Shown here: piece by piece, positions 1 to 8,041 of the stretch
Position numbering within the stretch: the first letter of the stretch is position 1
Layout: each line of letters opens with the position of its first letter
NCBI GenBank assembly: GCA_963836235.1
Contig: CAWIIP010000001.1
Coordinates: 32,001 to 96,000 of the forward strand
DNA length: 64,000 nucleotides
From: an uncultured Pseudomonadota bacterium
GTDB lineage: Bacteria; Oederibacteriota; Muellerivitia; Muellerivitales; Muellerivitaceae
Direction of reading: 5' to 3'
The notes under the pieces: generated by a model
Seen by the model: the letters and a program-made list of their open reading frames with translations, nothing else
Databases searched by the model: none
Told to the model about the DNA's origin: nothing
Translations under genes and position numbers: made by a program

Positions 1-697
1 CCAGCCATAGGTCCATCGGTTGGCGAGAACGGTAATATCGGAACATAAAAACAACCATTAAGAAAGTGGCCCCCGCAATGTAGGCATCCTCCCGAGTAAA
101 GCGGTCAAAATACATGAAACTAGGGGAGAAGACGATCATGGAGGTAGCTATGAAAGAACCCCATTTTCCAAAGAAAGGTGCCAGGAACATGGCTAAGACA
201 ACGGTCAAAATTCCAAAAGTGGCAGCTAAATACCTTGAAGTGGCATTGGAGACTCCAAAAAGATAGTACATGAAGGCATTGCCATGGAATTGAAATGGCC
301 CGTGCATCATGGGATTGTATTCGTAGTCTCCATCCTTAAAGAGCTGATAAGAGTAAAAAGAATGCATACTTTCGTCATGGTGATGTGGTTTGTCGCCCAA
401 ATGAGTAAAGCGGGTGTAGACCGTAATCAAAAGAAGAATGGCATAAGCTATTTCCATCCACGAGAAAGATAAACCTGCTTTGCCAAGGGAGGATGAGTTG
501 TTTGACGAGATTTTTTCCCTTGATTCCTTGGGTTCGGATTCTTGAGATTGTTTTGTGGGTTTGGAAGGAGATGTTAATTTATTGGTAGTCTTATCCTGTT
601 GGCCCGCGGTAGGCAATTTGGCCCCACATTGTTCGCAAAAATTGTTGGAAACGGGATTTTTCAATCCGCATTTTTCACATACCTTAATTTCGGCCAT
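1..697 (-). CDS. GT-C/PMT-like membrane glycosyltransferase (TIGR03663/Agl23-like) with N-terminal zinc ribbon; 3' end outside the window
   Basis: Not in the ORF track because it runs off the edge. Hand translation from ATG 697 (AGGAG RBS): MAEIKVCEKCGLKNPVSNNFCEQCGAKL...TM...RFTHLGDKPHHHDESMHSFYS...YEYNPMMHGPFQFH...FSPSFMYFDRFTRED. The HHDE, YxPxxHGP and SP..YF.RF.R.D motifs are typical of this family. Confidence 0.8.
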   Translation of the reverse strand, partial: MAEIKVCEKCGLKNPVSNNFCEQCGAKLPTAGQQDKTTNKLTSPSKPTKQSQESEPKESREKISSNNSSSLGKAGLSFSWMEIAYAILLLITVYTRFTHLGDKPHHHDESMHSFYSYQLFKDGDYEYNPMMHGPFQFHGNAFMYYLFGVSNATSRYLAATFGILTVVLAMFLAPFFGKWGSFIATSMIVFSPSFMYFDRFTREDAYIAGATFLMVVFMFRYYRSRQPMDLWL

Positions 698-759
698 TTG
701 GAGCTCCTTGGGTTGATAAGGCAAACTTGAAACTATTTCTGACACAAAATTGACGTCAA

Positions 760-789
760 ACTATACCCATCGGTGAAAGCTTTTGTCAA
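760..789 (-). promoter_or_regulatory. sigma70-type promoter for the glycosyltransferase gene
   Basis: Minus strand TTGACA-18 nt-TATAGT. Confidence 0.6.
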
Positions 790-1074
790 CAAATCCACAT
801 TTGATAGAAAATCACATTTACCTCAATTTTAAAGGGTTGCCATATCTCTTTTGCTCCATTGAAACATTGAGTGATTCATCAAATCAAAAGTCATTGTTTT
901 GGTACTAAGTTTCGAGTCGAAAAAGGGTTACCCCAGATATTGAAAAAATAAGTATCGAAATATTAGTTTAAGTTCTAAATTTGATTTAAGACCTGAAGTT
1001 TGGGGAAAGAGAAAAATAGTTGTTTTAACGATGTTTTTTCTTTGCCATCTGTTAGAGGGCCTTGGTTTATCGAG

Positions 1075-1103
1075 TTGCAATTTAATATAGGGATTGATAA
1101 AAT
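1075..1103 (+). promoter_or_regulatory. sigma70-type promoter for PorV-like gene 1
   Basis: TTGCAA-17 nt-TAAAAT with extended -10 TG. Confidence 0.55.
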
Positions 1104-1181
1104 TCTAGCGCCCAGTTAAACAATGCCCAAAAAAAATATAAATCTTCTTCATAGATCTTTTTTGAAGAGAGGAGAACAGCT

Positions 1182-2165
1182 GTGAGTTCAAAACGTTTTA
1201 ATATTTTATGGGTGTTGGGAAGTTTTGTTTTATTGACTCCGATGTTGGTTTGCGCCCAGAGCGCTAATTATGCGGCGGAGGTTTTGACTAAGGGAGTCGG
1301 GGCAAGACCGTTGGCTATGGGTGGAGCTTTTGCAGCTGCAGCAAATGATGCGACGGCGGCTTATTGGAATCCGGCGGGTCTGGCTTTAATTGACGATATA
1401 GAAATTACCACAATGCATGCTACTGAGAATGGCTTGCAAAGTTACGATTTCATTAATCTTGCTTTCAATACTCAATCGGCTGGTTCCTACGCTATTAGTT
1501 ATATGAACTTGGGAGTCGGCGGGATTGTTCCAACTGATACCAGCGGCAACATCGTTGGGCCAGACCTTACCTATTCGGATCAGGCTGGTCTCATTTCCGG
1601 TGGGTGGAAGCTAGGAAAACAATTTGCCTTAGGCGGAACTATTAAATTGTTGAAAACCGACGCCGCTTCGGCTTCGGCTTTTGGTGTTGGCTCCGACCTG
1701 GGCTTTCTTTTCAAACCCATCAAAGAATTAACTTTCGGACTTGTTGCCCGGGACTATACCGGAGGAACTTATATTAAATGGTCCAATACGCCTTCTAGTC
1801 CATCTGAAGCTTTGCAACCCAGCCTTACCCTGGGTCTTTCTTATACACAAGAAATGGGAAAGCGCCAAAATCAAGGAGTTGCCCCGGTTCCGATTAGCAC
1901 TCTTTCGGTGAATTTCGACGCAAATACCCTATATGCGGGAGAATCGTTGAATGACTACCACTTTGGCGTTGAATATTGGTACCGCCAGTTTGTGGCAATT
2001 CGAGCCGGTTTTGAAACTGAAGGGTTTCAATTTAGCAGTGATTATTTTTTCCCATCCGCTGGAGTAGGCGTTTGGGCTTATTTGTTCGAAATCGATTATG
2101 CTTATGTCACTGATCCTGTCGATAACGCCGGTTTTAATTACCTCTCCTTGATCACCCGGTTGTAA
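1182..2165 (+). CDS. PorV/PorQ (UPF0164)-family outer-membrane beta-barrel
   Basis: Signal peptide; GVGARPLAMGGAFAAAANDATAAYWNPAGLA signature; GVEYWY...IRAG and IDYAY C-terminal strands; GAGGAG RBS before GTG. Confidence 0.85.
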   Translation: MSSKRFNILWVLGSFVLLTPMLVCAQSANYAAEVLTKGVGARPLAMGGAFAAAANDATAAYWNPAGLALIDDIEITTMHATENGLQSYDFINLAFNTQSAGSYAISYMNLGVGGIVPTDTSGNIVGPDLTYSDQAGLISGGWKLGKQFALGGTIKLLKTDAASASAFGVGSDLGFLFKPIKELTFGLVARDYTGGTYIKWSNTPSSPSEALQPSLTLGLSYTQEMGKRQNQGVAPVPISTLSVNFDANTLYAGESLNDYHFGVEYWYRQFVAIRAGFETEGFQFSSDYFFPSAGVGVWAYLFEIDYAYVTDPVDNAGFNYLSLITRL

Positions 2166-2184
2166 TTTTTTGGTTGGTTTTTCC

Positions 2185-2228
2185 AAAGAGGGGATTTTTT
2201 AAAAAAATTCCCTCTTTTTTTGTTTTTT
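2185..2228 (+). terminator. Intrinsic terminator
   Basis: AAAGAGGGGATTTT...AAAATTCCCTCTTT hairpin followed by a T-run. Confidence 0.7.
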
Positions 2229-2283
2229 GTTTATCATAATCAACACACTTGATAGCTTTTCATTTTAGGTGCCAGAGGTATCT

Positions 2284-4482
2284 ATGAAATCAGTCCGGCC
2301 TCTTTCGGTTTTTTTATTTTTTGCTTTTGGAATTTTGGTAAGACAAGCCTTCCCTTATTCCTCTTACCAAATGGCCCCATCTACAGGTGAAGATCTTCCG
2401 TTTTCCGTCCAAAGTAGAACACTTCTTAAACATATATTCGATAATCGGAATATTCTTGGAGGTCAAGTAATTGCTTTAAGGGATCAGCCTGGAAGGCAAT
2501 ATAGTGGTAACTACATTGATGTTGGCGATTTGGGAGGAGTTAAAAGAGACGATGTGTTTGCCATTTTTACCCCCAAAGGTGAACCTGTCGGTTTTATTCG
2601 TATTGTGGATTTGCAGCGGTTTACCTCTTCTTTTGAATTTATGGAACTGACCGTAGATCCGAGTAATGATTTGATTGCGAAAAAGCTCACTTCCGAAATC
2701 CAAAGTAGACTTCCCGAGAAACTTTTTGCTTATCCAAATATGAAGCATTTCCACAAACATATGTATTTTGTTTCTAAAAAGACCCCAATGTCGAATCAAA
2801 CCAATGGAAACTCTGCGGCTGCAGGCCAGTCTCCTTTACCTCCTCTGCCCAGTGAAGAAACGACCACCGCGAGTGGTTCTAGTCTACCGCCTTTGCCGGA
2901 AAGTGGAGTTGCTTCAACAGGTTCCAATATTTCATCGGCGCCTGATGCTGGCATTGCGGGTTCCACTAATGGGCTTCCTCCCTTGCCCACCGATAATTCA
3001 AGTTCGAATACCATGCCAATTGCGAATTCCGCACCTTCAAGCGGAGCATTGCCGCCTTTACCCAGTGGTCAAGATAATGGAACCGCTCCTCCACCGTTAG
3101 GCGTCGATAATTCAGCAATGCCATCCGCTGGGTCCCAAACTTTGCCTCCATTGACCAGTGATAATTCCGCTCCCCCAATGCCGAGTGTGGCTGGGAATTC
3201 AAATGTAGGATTACCTGCTCTTCCTGCCGATAATTCGGGAACCAATAACTTGCCCCCCAGTCCTGGAATGCCTTCGGATAATTCTGGTTTGCCAGCTTTA
3301 CCACCTGTCGGTGCCCCGAGTTCCAGTCTTCCGGCGCTTCCAGCAGATAATTCCAATTCGGGTGGATTGCCTCCGGTGGGACCTCCTTCTGCTCCGAGTT
3401 TGCCAGTTGATAATTCTTTACCACCTGCTCCGGGAGCCGATTCGTCTATGCCCGGTTTGCCTAGCAATTCACCCAATGCTTTGCCGGTGGCACCTGGAGG
3501 CGCATCTTCTTCGAGCGATTTATCATTGCCTCCCCTACCAGCGGGTAATCCCCCCAGTTCAGGATCTGGTGGAATTCCACCTCAATCCGAATTACCCCCC
3601 GTTTCCCCAGTTCCTTTTGCTGCAGCACCGAGCCTGCCAAGTGATTTGAGCTCCGCACCACCCGTCGCAGATAACAGCCTGCCAACCTTGCCAGCAGTGG
3701 GAGAAGTTCCACCGCCGTCAATGGCTTCTGTTCTACCGGGGTCACCCAGTGACTCAAATGGATTGCCACCGGCGCCTTTGGCTGCCGCTAGTGCCCCAGG
3801 CGACAACAATGCTCTCCCACCTTTGGATACTAGCTCCACAGGATTGCCAACAGCTCCTTTGGCCCAGCTTCCAGATTCTAGCAATTCGGTGCGGCTTTTG
3901 GACAATACTATGGCACCTCCTCCTGGCGCCGATAACACTTTGCCCCCTTTGGCCGATAATTCTTTACCACCTTCCCCCGGAACTTCTAACAATTCCTTGC
4001 CACCTTTAGACAACAATGCTGGATTACCGTCAGCTCCCATGGCTCAAATGCCGGATTCAAGCAATTCGTTGCCATCTTTGGACAATGGAATGGCTCCGCC
4101 CCCCAGTCCATCCGATAGCACGCTTCCTCCGTTAGTCGACTCTTCTTTGCCACCTGCTCCAAGTGGTATTTCATCAACACCCGCACTTCCTCCGATGGCC
4201 TCCACCGTATCTCCTGGTCCCATAGCCGATGGAAGTTTGCCTCCGGGAGGATTAGATAATTCGATGAATGCTTTACCTTCACCTGGCTCTGCCGCACCAC
4301 TGCCTATGGATCAAGCGGGTTTGCCACCAAATTTGCCCGGAGCCCCAGATTTAACGGTTCCTGCCATTGTTAGCAACAGCAATGTTTCAGCCATTTCTGC
4401 GTCCCATATAGGCGAATTGGGGCTTCCTTCCGTCCCCGCCAACGTAAAAAGTGGCTATGTGCAGGATGTTCCAACCCTTTGA
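2284..4482 (+). CDS. Exported protein: small N-terminal FlgT_C-like domain plus long Pro/Ser-rich repeat tail
   Basis: GAGGT RBS before ATG 2284; signal-like N-terminus; YIDVGDLGGVKRDDVFAIF...VGFIRIV motif; about 30 LPP/LPA motifs interleaved with DNS. Confidence 0.75.
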   Translation: MKSVRPLSVFLFFAFGILVRQAFPYSSYQMAPSTGEDLPFSVQSRTLLKHIFDNRNILGGQVIALRDQPGRQYSGNYIDVGDLGGVKRDDVFAIFTPKGEPVGFIRIVDLQRFTSSFEFMELTVDPSNDLIAKKLTSEIQSRLPEKLFAYPNMKHFHKHMYFVSKKTPMSNQTNGNSAAAGQSPLPPLPSEETTTASGSSLPPLPESGVASTGSNISSAPDAGIAGSTNGLPPLPTDNSSSNTMPIANSAPSSGALPPLPSGQDNGTAPPPLGVDNSAMPSAGSQTLPPLTSDNSAPPMPSVAGNSNVGLPALPADNSGTNNLPPSPGMPSDNSGLPALPPVGAPSSSLPALPADNSNSGGLPPVGPPSAPSLPVDNSLPPAPGADSSMPGLPSNSPNALPVAPGGASSSSDLSLPPLPAGNPPSSGSGGIPPQSELPPVSPVPFAAAPSLPSDLSSAPPVADNSLPTLPAVGEVPPPSMASVLPGSPSDSNGLPPAPLAAASAPGDNNALPPLDTSSTGLPTAPLAQLPDSSNSVRLLDNTMAPPPGADNTLPPLADNSLPPSPGTSNNSLPPLDNNAGLPSAPMAQMPDSSNSLPSLDNGMAPPPSPSDSTLPPLVDSSLPPAPSGISSTPALPPMASTVSPGPIADGSLPPGGLDNSMNALPSPGSAAPLPMDQAGLPPNLPGAPDLTVPAIVSNSNVSAISASHIGELGLPSVPANVKSGYVQDVPTL

Positions 4483-4647
4483 AAACCAGCCTCTCGAAGA
4501 GCCTTATAATCGTCTAAGATTAGAGCGGTTTTCCATTAATCCCGGTTTGGTAAATGGCCGGTGGTGGAGCCGTTGAGGACTTTATGTCCTTAGGTAGGGG
4601 CTAGGTTTTGGCATTCCTATGACTTTCCAACTCTTGAGGTAAGTTTC

Positions 4648-5847
4648 ATGCCTGTTTTAATTCGTTATTACTTGATGGCTATTTGGCCATCTTTTTTCGT
4701 GGCTATTGGGTGTGTTTTATTTATCCTCAACTTGTTATTTTTTTTGAATGAATTTCTAAATTATTTGTTTTTATACCAAGCCGGAATAATCAACTCTTTT
4801 CGCCTGCTCCTTTATTTTCAACCCAGTCTTTTGGTTTTGGCGGTCCCGATCGGTTTTTTGATATCGTTACTAGTTGTCTATGGTCGATTGAGTGCCGATA
4901 GGGAAGTGGTTGCAGTTGAATCATGCGGGTTTTCCCCGATGATTTTAATCTGGCCCACGATTATTGTTTCGCTTTTGATGAGCCTGTTTTTGGTTTTCTT
5001 TATGGATAAAATCCTTCCCTGGGGAAATATTTCTTTTCTAAAGCTCGAATATCGGATTGCGACGGAGAGAACCGCTATTGTTGTCCGCGAAAAAACCTTC
5101 ATCAAGGATTTCGATGGTTATATTTTGTATGTTAGCGAGAAAGACGATAAAAAGGATATTTTGAAAGATGTAACCGTTTGGTTCTTGAATGAACAGAAGA
5201 TGCCTTGCCGTCTGATTCACGCCAAACAGGGGATTATTCAGCAAAACAAGGATAATTTTCATGTGATGCTGATTTTGAGTCACGGAATTATGCAACAACT
5301 GGGCGGGCCCCAAAAAGAAACGAAAAACGAGTTTTATCAAATGCAGTTCAAAAACTGTGATTTGGACTTAAGCGCAAATAAATTAAAAAACGGTCCCGGA
5401 GAATTTCGAGACGCGCGAAATATTTCCATTAAAGAATTGGCTTTTCGGATAAAGGAAGAAAAAAAAGCCAACGCCGATGCGCGGTACGATGAAGTTGAGT
5501 ATTACAAAAAATTTTCGATTCCTTTTTCGGCATTGGCCTTTGCCTTTATTGGGGTTCCTTTGGGACTTGTTTTCAGAACGGGATCCATAGCCGGGCCTTT
5601 TTTGGCCATCATTTTAGTCGCTATTTATGATGGCTTCATTATTTTTGGCCAGGATGGAGGGCCTAGGGGTATTATTTCTCCGCTTTTTGCCGCATGGCTT
5701 CCTGATTTTGTTTTGACAATCATGGGATTAATAATGGTTTATTGGCTCAATCACCGTCTTGATTTTTGGCAAAGCTTTTTTTCTATAAAGGACAAAAATA
5801 ATTCTGCTTCCATCTCGAATTTATCGAAAAAAATAGGTTCGGAATGA
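4648..5847 (+). CDS. lptF: LPS export ABC permease, LptF/LptG family
   Basis: LAVPIGFLISLLVVYGRLSADREVVAVESCGFS, KKFSIPFSALAFAFIGVPLG, AAWLPD motifs. Confidence 0.9.
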   Translation: MPVLIRYYLMAIWPSFFVAIGCVLFILNLLFFLNEFLNYLFLYQAGIINSFRLLLYFQPSLLVLAVPIGFLISLLVVYGRLSADREVVAVESCGFSPMILIWPTIIVSLLMSLFLVFFMDKILPWGNISFLKLEYRIATERTAIVVREKTFIKDFDGYILYVSEKDDKKDILKDVTVWFLNEQKMPCRLIHAKQGIIQQNKDNFHVMLILSHGIMQQLGGPQKETKNEFYQMQFKNCDLDLSANKLKNGPGEFRDARNISIKELAFRIKEEKKANADARYDEVEYYKKFSIPFSALAFAFIGVPLGLVFRTGSIAGPFLAIILVAIYDGFIIFGQDGGPRGIISPLFAAWLPDFVLTIMGLIMVYWLNHRLDFWQSFFSIKDKNNSASISNLSKKIGSE

Positions 5848-7961
5848 AAGCGATGTCCCCATCCTTTTGCCTGATTCGCGGTTTTTTCTTCTTTCTCTTA
5901 TTTGTTATAGGTACGCCCTATGCTAATGCGGATTTATCGCTTTCCTTGGGGTCGCAAGTCCACATTCAAGCCGATACTATTGAGTTTTTGCGGGATCAAA
6001 ATCTTGTCACCGCCAAAGGCGAGGTTCACATTCAACAAAATTTAGTACATTTATATGCGGATACTATCCGATACGATACAGAAGCCCAAGAGGTTTATGC
6101 CTATGGACATGTAGTATGGCAAGATGAAAGCCAAGAGGTGGAGACACAAAGCCTGACCTACAATCTTAAAACGGGGCAGGGAAAGGCCTTTAACATCAAA
6201 ACGACCACAGCTCCTTGGATTTCTACCGGTTCCGAAATTGATATCATGCCCAACAAAATCGTTGTTAAAGATGCGGTGACGACCTCCTGCGATTATTCTG
6301 AGGGCTATCGGCATTACTATATGAAATCGGATAAGATCACCATTTATTCGGGAGATTATTTAGTGGCTGAAAATGTATTCTTGTTTATCGGGAAAGTTCC
6401 TGTTTTTTATTTTCCTTTTTTCGTGAAGACAATACATGATCTCAGGACCCCATTTTCTGTTTCGACCGGAGCTACCGATTACCTGGGGAACTATATCCTG
6501 GCGACGACTAATTATCTTTTGAATCCTAAAAGTTATGGCGCTTTTTATGCGGATTATTTCTTCCAGAAGGGGATTGGATTAGGTTTGCGGCATGAAATCG
6601 CCTTGAATGATTATTCTGCGTTGTCGCTTTACGGATATGGAATCAAAGAAAAGGATACGAAACAGTTTCGTTGGGAGGGGAGAATTAGGGGACTTTGGGC
6701 CTTTTCCTCCAATTTTCAAGGTCGCGTGGAGGCGGATTTGCCAGGAGATGGGAATTTCAGCAACGATTATTCCGTAGCCCAGAGGGATCCTAGTTTAGTT
6801 TCGACCTTTCGGGAGTACGACATATCAACAACTTACACTAATCTGAACTACACTTTAGGACTGCTCCTCAGGCGGCAGGATTTAGCGGATGGCAGTAATC
6901 CTCCCACGAGCGAGTTTAACTTCATTCGTAGCCTTGAGAATTGGCCCCAGGCCACTTTTTCGCTTTTTCCCCAATCCTTGATTGGAAAAAACTTCTTGAA
7001 ATATGATTTTAGTCTTCAGGGCGATCATACTTATACGCAAAGCAACGGATTTTATGTAACCCATTTGACTAGTGAATTGGGTGTAAGCGAAAGCGCCCTT
7101 CTCATGCAAACCCAAAATATTTTTTCACGGGTGGCTGTGGATGACGCTATACAAGATATTTCGGATGTAGGAATTACGATTGGGGCGGGAGCTGCGGGAG
7201 AAACCCACAGTATCAACATTCAAAATACTTGGACATCCCGATGGTCGGAGTACTTTAACTCCAACTTTACGTATAACTACGCACAAAAACTTAATAACCC
7301 GGCTCCATCCGATCCTCCCCGGGGGGTTACATCCAACTTGCTTTCAGGGAGGATGGAATGTGATTTGGGGACAGTTTTACGGGCGGCGACCAGCACTACT
7401 TATGATTTCAACGTCCAAGTAGGAACCGATGCATCACGTTTTGGATATTTACACCAAGAATTTTATTTGACGGCCTCCTCGCAATTTGACTACACCCTCA
7501 TCGGCGATTTTTCCATTCAGGACAATGCGCTGAAGGATTTTAACAGCATTTTAAATTTCAAAAGTCCCCAAGATATGTGGCGTTTCCGAATTTCCGGCGA
7601 TTATGTGGATCCCAATTTCACTAATACTGGCCCCGTTACAGAAGGCCTCCCGCCTACTTTTGAGATCGCGGGAGAGGTAGATTTCGCATTTTTCACGAAT
7701 TATCGGATGTCGTTGATTGAAAGTTATGATTTAACAAATGCGCAGTTTGAAACCCGAAGCGTAAGTCTTTTTCGGGATTTGCATGATTGGATGGCGGAAC
7801 TTAATTACAGCGAAGATCCGGTCCTGGGAAAAACGGTATTTTTTACCTTGAGTCTCAAGTCTTTCCCGGGACGGCCCTTGTCGGTATCCGACCAACAACT
7901 ACAAAGTTTGAATGGTTTGCGGAATCAGGGTCTGACGGGTGCGGCTAGCCAATTCCAATAA
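5844..7961 (+). CDS. lptD: LPS-assembly protein LptD
   Basis: OstA-like N-domain (IQADTIEF...AKGEVHI...LYADTIRYD), TTSCD, GKVPVFYFPF, RDLHDW barrel end; ATGA overlap with lptF. Confidence 0.8.
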   Translation: MKAMSPSFCLIRGFFFFLLFVIGTPYANADLSLSLGSQVHIQADTIEFLRDQNLVTAKGEVHIQQNLVHLYADTIRYDTEAQEVYAYGHVVWQDESQEVETQSLTYNLKTGQGKAFNIKTTTAPWISTGSEIDIMPNKIVVKDAVTTSCDYSEGYRHYYMKSDKITIYSGDYLVAENVFLFIGKVPVFYFPFFVKTIHDLRTPFSVSTGATDYLGNYILATTNYLLNPKSYGAFYADYFFQKGIGLGLRHEIALNDYSALSLYGYGIKEKDTKQFRWEGRIRGLWAFSSNFQGRVEADLPGDGNFSNDYSVAQRDPSLVSTFREYDISTTYTNLNYTLGLLLRRQDLADGSNPPTSEFNFIRSLENWPQATFSLFPQSLIGKNFLKYDFSLQGDHTYTQSNGFYVTHLTSELGVSESALLMQTQNIFSRVAVDDAIQDISDVGITIGAGAAGETHSINIQNTWTSRWSEYFNSNFTYNYAQKLNNPAPSDPPRGVTSNLLSGRMECDLGTVLRAATSTTYDFNVQVGTDASRFGYLHQEFYLTASSQFDYTLIGDFSIQDNALKDFNSILNFKSPQDMWRFRISGDYVDPNFTNTGPVTEGLPPTFEIAGEVDFAFFTNYRMSLIESYDLTNAQFETRSVSLFRDLHDWMAELNYSEDPVLGKTVFFTLSLKSFPGRPLSVSDQQLQSLNGLRNQGLTGAASQFQ

Positions 7962-8041
7962 GTATCAAACAGAACGACACTGGAAAAAAAGGTCCTCTCT
8001 GCTTGATAATGTTTATCCTCTTTTAGAACAGAAAGTGAGTT

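Noticed and set aside
284-472. 62-aa plus-strand ORF
   Set aside because: Antisense to the real minus-strand glycosyltransferase gene
2768-4300. Several overlapping ORFs within the Pro-rich gene
   Set aside because: Low-complexity Pro/Ser codons deplete stop codons in other frames
7962-8041. LexA box upstream of uvrA
   Set aside because: No CTGT-N8-ACAG or GAAC-N4-GTTC match found
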